Source of the DNA: Centroscyllium fabricii
Taxonomy: Eukaryota
Assembly (NCBI GenBank): GCA_051313645.2
Contig: JBNRSN020000005.1
Span: forward strand, 77,810,001-77,874,000
DNA: 64,000 bases
Direction of reading: 5' to 3'
Each line of letters opens with the position of its first letter. Position 1 is the first letter of the stretch. Both the position numbers and the translations under genes were made by a program. Below the pieces are notes generated by a model, which ran no database searches, was not told where the DNA came from, and saw only the letters and a list, made by a program, of their open reading frames with translations. Shown piece by piece: positions 1 through 11,261 of the stretch.

Positions 1-510
1 AAAAGCCAAGCTGTTATCCGGCATCCTCACCAACTTCTACCGCTGCACAATCGAAAGCATACTGACAAACTGCATCACAGTCTGGTATGGGAACTGCACC
101 ATCTCGGCCCTGCAGCGGGTAGTCAAAACTGGCCAACGAATCACCGGCACCCAGCTACCGTCAATCGAACGCACCTACCTCAAACGTTGCCTACGGAGGT
201 CTCTGAACATTATGAAAGACCCCACACACCTCAGCCACAGTGTGTTCGCCCCCCTGCCCTCCGGGAGACGCTACAGATCAATCCGCACCCGCACGACCAG
301 ATTCAAGAACAGCTTCTTCCCCAGGGCTGTCAGTCTCCTGAACAAAACTCCAGTATCTGCACACCTGAAATGTACTTTATTGTATGAAATTGTATGTAAC
401 TTATTTGCACTACTCTCGGGAGCGGCGAGTCTTCGTTTCATTGTATTGTACTTGTACTCTGCAATGACAATAAAACTTGAATTGAATTGAATTGAATTGA
501 ATTGAATTGA
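1..510 (+). mobile_element. Rex1/Babar non-LTR retrotransposon 3' end with (AATTG)n tail
   Basis: C-terminal motif KDPTHLSHSVFAPLPSGRRYRSIRTRTTRFKNSFFPRAV; AATAAAA followed by (AATTG)n at ~469-510; homologous to the 56528-57331 ORF end. Confidence 0.9.
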
Positions 511-800
511 CCTGGTTAGGAAATTGGCTGAGCAGCAGGAGACAGAGAGTAGGGATAATGGGTAGGTACTCAAATTGGCAGGATGTGACTAGTGGTGTCC
601 TGCAGGGATCTGTGTTGGGGCCTCCTCTATTCACAGTATGTATTAACAACTTAGATGATGGTTTCGAAGGTCATATATCCAAATTTGCTGCTGACATAAA
701 GACAGGTGGTATTGCAGGCAGTGTGGATGAAAGCATAAAATTACAAAGGGATATTGATAGATTAAGTGAATGGGAAAGCTGTGGCAAATGGATTTCAATA
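511..800 (+). mobile_element. CR1 LINE RT fragment
   Basis: NWLSSRRQRV...SGVLQGSVLGP...ISKFAADIK...LQRDIDRLSEW. Confidence 0.85.
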
Positions 801-1388
801 TGGTTGGAATCATACCTAGCGCAAAGGAAGTTGGTTGTGGTTGTTGGAGGTCATTCATCTCAACCACAGGACATCACTGCAAGAGTTCCTCAGGACAGTG
901 TCCTAGGCCCAACCATCTTCAGCTGTTTCATCAATGACCTTCCCTCCATCATAAGGTCAGAAGTGGGGATGTTTGCTGATGATTGCACACTGTTCAGCAC
1001 CATTCGAGACTCGTCAGATACTGACGCAGTCTGTGTCCATATGCAGCAAGACCTGGATAACATTCAGACTTGGGCTGACAAGTGGCAAGTAACATTCGCA
1101 CCACACAAGTGCCAGGCAATGACCATCTCCAACAAGCGAGGCTCGAACCATCTCCCCTTGACATTCAATGGCATTATCATCGCTGAATCTCCCACTATCA
1201 ACATCCTGGGGGTTACCATTGATCGGAAACTGAACTGGACCAGCCATATAAATACTGTGGCTACAAGAGCAGGCCAGAGCTGGGAATTCTGCGGCGAGTG
1301 TCTCACCTCCTGACTCCCCAAAGCCTTTCCACCATCTACAAGGCACAAGTCAGGAGTGTGATGGAATACTCTCCACTTGCCTGGATAG
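801..1388 (+). mobile_element. Second CR1-clade LINE RT fragment (different subfamily), abutting the truncated Gypsy end
   Basis: WLESYLAQRK...VPQDSVLGPTIF...MFADDCT...W..KWQVTFAPHKC; same family as 9645-10250 and 32191-33030. Confidence 0.85.
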
Positions 1389-4300
1389 CGTCGGGGGCCC
1401 CGGTGTGTGTGCGTATGTAGGCCAGTAATCAGTGGATGTTGATCGATATGTAGGCCAGTGTTCGGTAGATGGTGGCTGGTCGGGCTGAGGCTCGACCAGA
1501 GGTTCTGCTCTAGAGCTCCCGGCGAGCGCTAGGTCTCTGATGGAAACTGTGTCCTCGCCGCCGTCCGGGAACTGCACGTAGGCATACTGCGGGTTGGCGA
1601 GCAGCAGCTGCACCTTTTCCACCAGGGGGTCGGTCTTATGGCCGCGGACATGTTTCCTAAGTAAGACCGGCCCCGGCGTCGTGAGCCACGGTGGGAGTGC
1701 TGTCCCCGAAGTCGACTTCCTGGGGAAGGAAAATAATAGGTCGTAAGGTGTAGCATTTGTAGCCGTGCACAGCAGAGAGTGAATGGAGTGGAGCGCGTCT
1801 GGGAGGACTGCCTGCCAACGGGACACTGGAAGGCCTCTGGACTTCAGGGCCAGGTTGACCGCCTTCCAGATGATCCCGTTCTCCCTTTCTACCTGGCCGT
1901 TCCCCCGGGGGTTGTAACTGGTCGTTCTGCTTGAGGCAACGCCTTTCTGAAGCAGAAACTGACGCAGTTCGTCGCTCATGAATGACGACCCCTGGTCGCT
2001 ATGGATGTAGCTGGGGAGACCGAAAATGGCAAACTGCATGGTGAAGTGTCTTATCACAGTTGCGCTCGTCATATCTGGGCAGGGGAAGGCGAAGGGGAAG
2101 CGGGAGAACTCGTCCACGACCGTGAGGAAGTACGAGTTGCGGTCGGTGGAAGGGAGGGGGCCTTTGAAGTCCACGCTCAGACGTTCAAAGGGGCGGGTGG
2201 CCTTGATGATGTACGCTGTGTCTGGCCTGTAAAATTGGAGTTTGCACTCGGTGCAGACAGTGCACTCTCGGGTCATAGCCTTGATCTCCGTGATGTAGTA
2301 GGGGAGGCTACGGGACGTAACGAAATGGGCGAGTCTGGTGACACCCGGGTGGCACAGGCTATCGTGGAGGGCCTTCAGCCGGTCCAGCTGGGCGCTGGCG
2401 CACGTTCCCCGGGACAATGCGTCCGGGGGTTCGTTGAGTTTGCCTGGGCGGTAAAGAATGTCGTACTCGTAAGTCGAGAGTTCGATCCGCCACCGCAGGA
2501 TCTTATCATTCTTGATTTTACCCTTTTATTTATTGTAAAACATAAACGCGACTGACCGTTGGTCGGTGAGCAGGATAAAATGCTTACCGGCCAGGTAATG
2601 ACGCCAGTAGCGCACTGCCTCCACGATGGCCTGGGCCTCCTTTTCCACTGCTGAGTGGCAAGTTTCGGGTCCCTGTAGGGTGCGGGAGAAAAACGCTACG
2701 GGCCTGCCCACCTGATTCAAGGTGGCGGCCAGGGCGAAGTCCGAAGCGTCACTCTCCACCTGGAAATGGATGGACTCATCAACGGCGTGCATGGTCGCCT
2801 TGATGATATCTTCCTTAATCAGGGCGAATGCCATTTGGGCTTCTACCGAGAAGGGGAAGACGTCAGCCTTGAGGAGCGGTCTGGCCTTATCCGCGAACTG
2901 GGGGACCCATTGTGCGTAATAGGAGAAAAATCCCAGACAAAATCCCAGACATCTCCTCAGGGCTTTGGGGTTGTGAGGAAGGGGCAGTTCCTGTAAGGGG
3001 CGCATACACTGTGGGTCAGGGCCGAGGACCCCGTTTTCCACCACGTATCCGAGGATTGCGAGCTGATCTGTACTAAAGATGCACTTGTCTTTATTGTATG
3101 TGAGATCGAGCCGTTTCGCCGTGTGGAGAAATTTTGCAAGGTTGGCATCGTGGTCCTGCTGGTCATGGCCGCAGATGGTCACGTTGTCCAGGTAGGGAAA
3201 GGTGGCCTGCAACCCGTTCTGGTCAACCATACGGTCCATCTCCCTTTGCAATACCGACACCCCGTTGGTCACGCCGAAGGGGACCCGGAGGAAGTGGTAG
3301 AGCCGACCGTTCGCCTCGAAGGCGGTGTACTGGCGGTCTGATTTCCTGATTGGGAGTTGGTGATACGCCGACTTAAGGTCGATTGTCGAAAAGACCGAAT
3401 ACTGGGCAATCTGGTTAACCATGCGGGGAAGCGGGTAGGCATCGAGACCGGTGTAGCGGTTAATTGTCTGTCTGTAATCGATCACCATCCGTAATTTCTC
3501 GCCAGTCTTAACCACTATGACCTGGGCCCGCCAGGGGTTGGTGCTGGCCTCAATTATCCCCTCCTGCAGCATACGCCCGACTTCTGACCTGATAAATGCC
3601 CGGTCCCCTGCACTGTAACGCCGACTCTTGGTAGCAATAGGTTTGCAGTTGGGGTCGAGGTTGGCGAACAGCGAGGGGGGGTTGACTTTCAGGGTGGATA
3701 GGCCGCAAGTCGGGCTCCGCTTCAGGAAGGGATTTTCCCGGCTACTGACGGTGAGGGGGGCCAGGGTCCCGCCGAACTCCATTGTCACGCTCTTCAGGTG
3801 GCACTGGAAATCCAGTCCCAGTAAGACTGGGACGAACAACTGCTGGAGTATGTACAGTTTAAAATTGCGGTACACGCAGTCCCTGACCGTGAGCGTGACG
3901 GAGCAGTAGCCGGTGACGTCCGCCGTGTGGGACTTTGAAGCAAGGGAGATTTGGTAGCGCATGGGCAGGGTCCGCAGTGCGTAGCGCTGCACTGTGTCAG
4001 GGTGGATGAAGCTCTCTGTGCTTCCGGTGTCGAACAGACAGTTGGTAACGTGACCGTCCACTTTAATCCCCATCATGGAATTTGATAGGGTGTGCGGCCT
4101 AGCCTGGTCGACAATGGCTGAGGCCGAAGTGTGTGTGTGTGTGTAGGGGCCCTCCGCTAGCTGGGGCCATGCACAAGATGGCGGCGCCCGTGGTTCGTAT
4201 GCAGCCAACCGCGGTGGACAAGATGGCGGTGCTGGGGGGTCGTACATGGCTGGCCGCGGGATACAAGATGGCGGCGCCATGGAGTCGCACGCAGCCGACC

Positions 4301-5558
4301 GCGGTGGACAAGATGGCGGCGCCGGGGAGTCGCTCATGGCTGGCCGCTGGGAACAAGATGGCGGTGCCGGGGAGTTGCACATGGCTGGCTGCTGGGGACA
4401 AGATGGCGGCGCCCGTGATTCGCACGCGGCGGACCGCGGTGGACGAGATGGCGGCGCCCGTGGTTCGCATGCGGTGGACCGCGGTGGACGAGGTGGCAGT
4501 GCCCGTGGTTCGCACGCAGCGGACCGCGCTGGGCGAGGTGGCGGTGCCCGTGGTTCGCACGCAGCGGACCGCGCTGGGCGAGGTGGCGGCTTTGGGGGGT
4601 CGCACATGGCTGGCCACGGCTGCCATTGGCATGGCGGTGCCCGTGCCGTGCGCGCGGCCGGCCTCTGCCGTGCAGGGATGGGAGACAGAGGCACCTGTGG
4701 TTTACCCCCGGACCGCTGCTGGGTCGCGCTGCAACAGCAGTTTACCTTAGGCCATGGGATGGCGTTGGAGCTCTCGCAGGCCGCGCTGTTGGATCTGGAG
4801 CTGGGCGCTGGGGCCGATTTGGAGGCCCTGGCGTAGTGTCCTTTCTTGCCGCATCTCTCGCAGGTCGCGCTCTTCGCGGGGCATTTCGCTCGCGGGTGTT
4901 GTCCCTGGCCGCAGAAGTAGCATCTACGCTCCGACGGCGTCTTCGCAGCTGCCGCTGCCATCGTGGGGTCCTCGACCTGTCGTGGGGCCGCCCAGGGATC
5001 GAGGGTATCGTGTGGGCCTTGGCCGCCATACGCCTCTAGTTTGCGGCGCGCTCCGTCCACTGCGTTGGAGATGGAGATCGCCTCCTCCAGTGATAGAGTG
5101 TCCTTTTCCAATAACCGCTGACGGGCCTGGTTGGACCTGATTCCTGCCACGTATGCGTCCCGTACGAGGAGATTCATCTCCTCCTGCGCCGTTCGTGGCT
5201 GGCAGTCACATGCCCGAGCGAGGGCTTGAAGCGCCAACAGATATTGTTCGTTCGACTCACCAAGCCGCTGTTGTCTGGTCGCCAGGACGTGTCTGGCATA
5301 GACCGAGTGGACCGGGCGCAAGTAGCATTCCTTCAGCTTCTTCACCGCCTCTGTGTACGTCGTGAGGCCGCGGATGAAGGAGTACACACGGCTACTGATT
5401 CTGGACGAGAGGACGTGTAGTTTGTCCCCGTCGCTCATCGCCTTTGCGGCCTCCATGTAGGCCTCGACAAGGCTGAACCAATGTTCAAAAGTGTTGGCGG
5501 CGGCTGGTTCCTGTGGATTGATATCCAATTTTTCGGGTTTCACAGCGCCACTCTCCAT
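1389..5558 (-). pseudogene. G1 gag-pol polyprotein with one in-frame stop at 2526-2528
   Basis: Zinc knuckles CYFCGQGQHPRAKC and CERCGKKGH; protease LFDTGS; RT VPFGV and YLDNV; RNase H ESDAS/EKE/TDQ; integrase HHCC and D,D,E. ORFs 2526..5558 and 1350..2417 are in the same frame, and the TAA sits where G3 has Gln. A 12-bp duplication gives CLGFCLGF. Confidence 0.93.
4174..4640 (-). repeat. 45-bp coding minisatellite (~10 copies, 15-aa Pro/Cys/Ala unit) between nucleocapsid and protease
   Basis: CAAGATGGCGG-like core recurs at 4174, 4219, 4264, 4309, 4354, 4399, 4444, 4489, 4534, 4579. Confidence 0.95.
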
Positions 5559-5580
5559 TTCAAAATTAAGTTATTAAAAT

Positions 5581-5872
5581 TGACGTATCGTCAATAATAC
5601 AAAGACGAGTAGTTACCTTAACTATAGGCTTTTAATAACTTAAAGATGGAGCTAGTCTCCAGTTGAACATCAGGTACAGAATGACTGGGGGCAGGGCGGA
5701 CCTCACCTATAAGGCTCCCACCTGAGGGGAGGAGTTAGAGGTGTGGCTGACCTGACCTTACAACCGTGTTCTACATCTCATACCTTCAATGCACCAAGCA
5801 ACTATATACATGGGTCATGTGGTGCAGTACAATTACAATCCAACTATATACAATGGTAATATGATTACCACA
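5581..5872 (-). repeat. 5' LTR of G1 (292 bp)
   Basis: Minus strand TGTGGTAA...GATACGTCA; TATA-like CTTATAGG, ATTAAA signal; central and 3' parts similar to the LTRs at 35581 and 37279. Confidence 0.92.
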
Positions 5873-8166
5873 TTGAGGTTCTGCATTGCTGAAAATGACT
5901 TTTTGAGCTTTGAAACCTGCATGTATGTAGGTGAGATGGCTGGGACAACATTAATGCAGTGATTGATAAGTGCTGGTCCTCACTCGAACAACCATTAATG
6001 TGGCCGTGGTTGCTTAATGCCGTTATTAAACTGCATGTTACAGTTGCAACGTTTATTGTTTCTGGGTTCATTATTGCATGTGATGGATGGATGGATGGGA
6101 ACATGAGCATAAATGAAATGTCTGGGGCGTCAGGGGACTGGGTGCATGCACGAGCGCTGAAGGCACTCAGAGCCAATTGGCAGCCCCACAAGCCCACCCC
6201 CCACACACAAGATGTTGTTGCAGTAGTGGGGCTCATGCAGGTATGAGCTATGGAACTGATTGGAGTGTGGCAGTGTGGATGCGCTGTTAGGATAGTGAGA
6301 CGAGCAGAAGCTGCCTTGAGTAGGCTAAGCAAATCTTGCAAGGATGAACTCATTGCTTGCTTGCCGGGCAGCAATGTTCTCGCGTAATGCTGGCAGAGGC
6401 TGGTGTCGAGCTGCAGCAAATCCGTCTTCTTCGTCCTCCTCTTCCTCTTCCTCTTCCTCCTCCTCTTCCTCTTCCTCTTCCTCCTCCTCTTCCTCCTCCT
6501 CCTCCTCATCATCTGAGGATGGTATGCGAGGAGCCAGGTCTTGGTCAGGAAGTTGCAAGCCACGACGCTGGGCCATGTTGTGAAGTTGACAGCAAACCAC
6601 TACCATTCTGGAGACCCTGGCTGGGGAGTATTGGAGGGCTCCACCTGATCTGTCCAAGCATCTGAAACGCATCTTGAGCAAGATGATGGTGTGCTCTATA
6701 ATGCTTCTGGTGGAGATGTATGTGGAGTTGTAGTTCTCCTCAGCCTCATTGGCTGGCCTCCTGACTGGCGTCATGAGCCAAATCCTGAGGGGATAGCCCA
6801 TGTCTCCAAGTAGCCATCACGGAAGTTCGTCCGGCGGTATGAAGAGCGTAGGCAAGGTTGATTGGCGCAGGACGAAGGAGTCATGGCAGCTGCCAGGGTA
6901 CCTGGCACACACATGCAAAATCTCCTTGTTGTGGTCGCACACCAGTTGAACATTAAGCGAATGGAAGCCCTTGCGGTTGACAAAAGCAACTGGGTTGTCG
7001 GTGGGTGCCCTAAGGGCCACATGTGTGCAGTCAATAATGCCCTGCACCCTTGGGAAGCCTGCCAGACGAGCTATTCCAATCGCTCAGGCCCTCACACTTG
7101 CGCGATCCGTGGTGAAATGGATGAAATTGTGGGCGAGGGCAAAGAGGGCATCGGTTACCTGGGTGATGCAGGAGTGTGTGGCCGACTGAGAGATTCCACT
7201 GATGTCAGCTGCTGATCCCTGAATGAGCCAGAGGCAAAGAAGTTGAGTGCGGTGGTGACTTTGAGGGCCACTGGTAAGGCATGTCTACCTGGTGTCCTGG
7301 GCTCCAGCTGGTGCTGCAGCATGGCGCAGATGTCTGTGACTGCCTCTCGGGAACGTCAGAGGTGCCTTTGGCACCGCCACTCACTCATGTTGAGGTAGGT
7401 GGCTCGGACTCTGTAGACCTGGTTTGGGGGGTATCTTCTACGGCGCCGGCCTTCGATGCGCGGATGCCTTCTGGCCCATCCTGCCACCGGAGGGTCTGCA
7501 GGAGCGTCAGGCTCCTGGTGTGGCTGATGCTGGTGAGGTGGCTCCTGCTGTGGCTGCTGCTGTTGCTGCTGTAGCCGCAACTGCTCCTGATGGCGATCAT
7601 GTAATCCCAAGAAGGGAAGGAAGAAAATGGCTCCCATGGCTGTGCTGGCAGCCGCAGCTGAGGAAGCACTGAGTGAGGGGGGGAAGTGAGAGGGCTTTCT
7701 CAGGTCACACTGCAGAAGTGTTTGAGGATGCAACCTTCCACAGGTTTGCTGAAGCCTGTTGCAAGTATCCCCAGGATTGAGACAACAATGTGGTTGCGAA
7801 TGCGATTAATGGCTGATTAAATGTGAGCCTTCAAATAGTGACCAGCCACAGATACTCAGCAATCCGAATGAGTTCGCACTAGGGTTGCACCTGACGGGCT
7901 TTAGCTTGGTGGCTTTTTTGCGGCAAACAGCTGAAAATAGCTAAGGGCCCTTAAAATGGCATAAAGATGGCAATTAAGGGCCCTTAATGACCTTAACAAC
8001 CATCCCCGCCGGGCGCCGGCGGCAAAGATTTGGGGCGGAGAAAAAGGCCGCCCAAAAACTCAAAACCGGCGGGGAATGGGCGGGCTTGGGCGGGAACCAA
8101 AGTTTTCCTATTTTCACCTCACGGCCGCCCAAAACCCCGCCTGATGGGGACATCAAAATTCCCCCC
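5873..8166 (-). mobile_element. PIF/Harbinger DNA transposon remnant, left part cut by the G1 insertion
   Basis: HARBI1-like transposase; terminus AAAATTCCCCCC at 8155-8166. Confidence 0.85.
6325..7637 (-). pseudogene. HARBI1-like DDE transposase, frameshifted, with C-terminal poly-Glu tract
   Basis: [14 protein letters not shown]; GIIDCTHV; [15 protein letters not shown]; PGSCHDS; GYPL..WLMTP; IE..I..LK.RFRCL; spread over several frames; (GAG/GAA)n at ~6425-6510. Confidence 0.92.
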
Positions 8167-8169
8167 AAA

Positions 8170-9050
8170 GGGGGTGATTTCGCCGGAAGTGTGGGAACCT
8201 GGCGGGGATTAGTCGGGGCGGGTTCCTGTCTCGCCTGGCCAAAGACCTGGGAACCCCACACAATTTTCATTTAATTGAGTTAGGAAATCCCCGCCTGCGG
8301 CAGCCAGTGGTAATTGAATCAATTGAGTTGGGGCTGCAGCGGGGATTGAGCAGTTTGATTGACAGTTCCAGCACTGGTTGTTGACAGTTCACATGGCCAA
8401 AGATCAGCCATGATCTCATTGAATGGCGGAGCAGGCTCGAAGGGCCTAATGGCCTACTCCTGCTCCTATCTTCTATGTTTCTATGTTTCTATGTTTCTAC
8501 TCCACTGTGACATTACAGTCGAGTGGAACCAATGGGAAAGGTCATGTGCTGGTGACTGACAGGTGGGCGGGCGGGCTCCGAATCCTTGACAGCTCGGCAC
8601 CGGCTGTGAGGAAATGTGCAAAGCTGAGATTTCTCAGTTTTTGCCCACAGCTGGTGCACCCACCACGGACTGATTTACTCCTCTAAGGTGCTGGAGGCAT
8701 GCCAAGCATTATGCAGCATGTCCTCCCCACCTTGAAGGAGAAAGTAATGAACAGCGCTGTGCTCCAGCTGGGTTTCACCCAGCGGGGTTTAGGGTGGTGG
8801 GGTTAGGGTGGGAAACAGCTGAAAATTCCTAAGGGCCCTTAAAATGGCATTAAACATGCCAACTAAGGGCCCTTAATGAGGTGACAACCCATCCCCGCCG
8901 GCGGGAAGGTTTTGGGGCGGGGAATCAGGGCGGGGGAAAATGTTAAAGCGACGGGGATCCGATAGGGGGTGGTCGCAACCCACTGGTTCTGCTATTTTGC
9001 CGGCCGACCCGCCGAAAACCCCACCTCACGGGGACATAAAAATCACCCCC
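8170..9050. mobile_element. Non-autonomous Harbinger-type MITE containing a short CR1 3'-tail insertion (~8397-8500)
   Basis: TIRs GGGGGTGATTT (8170-8180) / AAATCACCCCC (9040-9050); right ~280 bp resembles 7890-8166. Confidence 0.8.
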
Positions 9051-9054
9051 TTAA

Positions 9055-9275
9055 AGGGTGGTAGAGGTTTTGAACTCTCTTCCACAAATGGCAATTGATG
9101 CTAGATCAATTGTTAATTTTATGTCAGAGATTGATCACTTTTTGTTAACTAAAGGTGTTAAGGAACATGGTCCAAAGGTGGGTATATGGAGTTAGGTCAC
9201 AGATCAGCCATGATCTGATTGGATGGTGGAACAGGCTCGAGGGGTTCAATGGCCTACTCCCGTTCCTATGTTCCG
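9055..9275 (+). mobile_element. CR1/HER1 3' end fragment
   Basis: AGATCAGCCATGATCT...GGCCTACTCC tail shared with the other CR1 copies. Confidence 0.75.
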
Positions 9276-9644
9276 AGAATTTGCAGTCAAAATAATGGTG
9301 AGGCTAATGGAGCGCAACATTATTTATGCGTAAATGGTACAGCAACTTCAGGCAAGGAGTAGATGTGAAGTGAATTGCTAATATCCAAAAGTTGCTGTCC
9401 ATGTGGCGCTGCTCTGTTAGCTTCGTGAAAATGGCATCTTGCTGTCTGCCTCACCATTGAAATGCATTGAAAGACGTGAAGTTGCAGATTTAGAACCAGT
9501 AATTATTGCGTAAGTACCCTTTCAGCGACATGATAAATGTTAATGACTGCCATTCAACCAATTTTTTGATGAGATTTCAAAAATGCCAATTTTTTAATCT
9601 TTAATTTCTTACTTCCTTATTTATGCTTCTTATCTCTCTCTCTT

Positions 9645-10250
9645 AATCAGTCTACTCTCAATCATCAGCAAAGTGATGGAAGGTGCCATCAACAGTGCTC
9701 TCAAGCGGCACTTACTCACCGATGCCCAGTTTGGGTTCTGCCAGGGCCACTCGGCTCCCGACCTCATTACAGCCTTGGTGCAAATATGGGCAAAAGAGCT
9801 GAATTCCAGAGATGACTTGAGAGTAACTGCCCTTGACATCAAGGCAGCATTTGACCAAATGTGGTACCAAGGAGCCCTAGTAAAACTGAAGTGAATGGGA
9901 ATCAGGGGGAAAACTCTCCACTGGCTCGAGTCATAACTAGCACAAAGGAAGATGGTTGTCCTCGGCCCAGTCATCATCAGTTGCTTCATCAATGACCTTC
10001 CCTCCATCATAAGGTCAGAAGTGGGGATGTTGGCTGATGAATGCACAGTGTTCAGTTCCATCCGCAACTCCTCAGATAATGAAGCAGTCCGTGTCCGCAT
10101 GCAACAAGACCTGGACAACGTTTAGGCTTGGGTTGATAAGTGGCAAGTAACATTTGTGCCACTACAAGTGCCAGGCAATGACTATCTCCAACAAGCAAGA
10201 GTCTAACCACCAGACGTTGGCATTACCATCATCCAATCCCCCACCATCAG
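9645..10250 (+). mobile_element. CR1-clade LINE RT fragment (degenerate)
   Basis: QFGFCQGHSAPDLIT...ALDIKAAFD; continues into sequence matching 930-1200. Confidence 0.85.
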
Positions 10251-10418
10251 GCAGGCTCAGAAAGTATGAAATGTTGTAAAGTTAGAAGACATCTTGTTTA
10301 AGTCAAGTAAGATGATCTACTGATGTGGGGAAGCATGGTGTGTTCTTTATTTTGTATCATGAGTTATAAGATAAGTTATACCGATTAAACTAAGTGAATC
10401 TGATCGTAACTATTGTGA

Positions 10419-10505
10419 TAGCAAAATACTGCGGATGCTGGAAAGCCGAAATAACAACAGAAAACGCTGGAAAACCTCAGCAGGCCAGGCAACATCCATG
10501 GAGCA
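10419..10505 (-). mobile_element. Penelope-like element terminal fragment
   Basis: Matches the terminus at 45800-45860 and 24835-24860 (AACAGAAAA.GCTGGAAA..CTCAGCAGG). Confidence 0.6.
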
Positions 10506-10945
10506 ACATCTGTAACTATTGCCCTGTATGTTCACTCACTGAAAGAAAACTGCTAAATGATTTGGATCAACCTTTGTCCCTTCGACTGTTTGCTCAGTCC
10601 GCCTTCAGTGATTGCAGAAATGCAGTTGGAAAAGACATAAATATTCGGTTCAGGTCACAAGGGGGTACTAAAGTTACACCCTTGTTTACAGTATTGTGGG
10701 TGAACTCACCTGAATAAGATGCTCAGACCGCTTATGGGAGTGACTGATGCCACTGAACCTGAGATCGTATCTATGACTTAAATTTGTAGCCACAGTCTAC
10801 TTCGTATCAATTGATTATGTATTCTATTTGAGGGTAGATTTTTTAAACCATACAAAAGCAAACTCCACTATTCAATTCAATAAAACCAGTTTAACAATGT
10901 TTTCCTTAATAGCTTTATACCAAAGCACACAGCAGTAATTGATTG

Positions 10946-11261
10946 ATAGAATCATAGAATCCCTACAGTGCAGATAGAGGCCATTTTGGCCCATCGAGCC
11001 TGCGCCGACACATATCCCACCCTATCCCCGTAACCCCACATATTTAATCCCCCTAACACTAAGGGTCAATTTATCCTGGCCAATCAACCTAACCCGCACA
11101 TCTTTAGACTGTGGGAGGAAACCGGAGCACCCGGAGGAAACCCACGCAGACACGGGGAGAATGTGCAAACTCCACACAGATAGTCACCCGAGGCCGGATT
11201 TGAACCCGGGCCCCTAGAGCTGTGAGGCAACAGTGCTAACCACTATGCCACCGTGCCGCCC
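10946..11261 (-). mobile_element. Full-length tRNA-derived V-SINE (HE1-like)
   Basis: Minus strand A box TGGCATAGTGG and B box GGTTCAAATCC; V-domain (TTCTCCCCGTGTCTGCGTGGGTTTCCTCCGGGTGCTCCGGTTTCCTCCCAC); CR1-type (TTCTATGA)n tail. Confidence 0.9.

Larger units (their letters stand above)
1389..5872 (-). mobile_element. Ty3/Gypsy LTR retrotransposon (element G1), 3' LTR missing
   Basis: 5' LTR 5581-5872 (TG...CA on minus); single gag-PR-RT-RH-INT reading frame; truncated at ~1389 by CR1 sequence. Confidence 0.95.

Noticed and set aside
507-1313. 268-aa ORF with two tandem RT cores as a novel double RT
   Set aside because: Chance in-frame junction of two different CR1-clade fragments at ~800
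2526-2528. TAA between RNase H and integrase of G1 as a programmed read-through site
   Set aside because: It lies inside RNase H where G3 has Gln (HHKQRGKIK); a CAA>TAA decay mutation is the simpler explanation
4099-5140. Many overlapping ORFs on both strands, also at 42028-43138
   Set aside because: Shadow ORFs of GC-rich, stop-poor coding repeats
5559-5580. Canonical tRNA primer-binding site after the G1 and G3 5' LTRs
   Set aside because: No TGG at the LTR edge; the sequence is AT-rich and is explained by self-complementarity (a tRNA-fragment match still needs a formal search)
5865-6583. Arg/Lys-rich 232-aa and poly-Ser ORFs
   Set aside because: Alternative frames of the (GAG/GAA)n poly-Glu tract of the Harbinger transposase
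11170-11261. tRNA gene (A and B boxes)
   Set aside because: It is the tRNA-derived head of a V-SINE, repeated at 56080-56165 and 61150-61231
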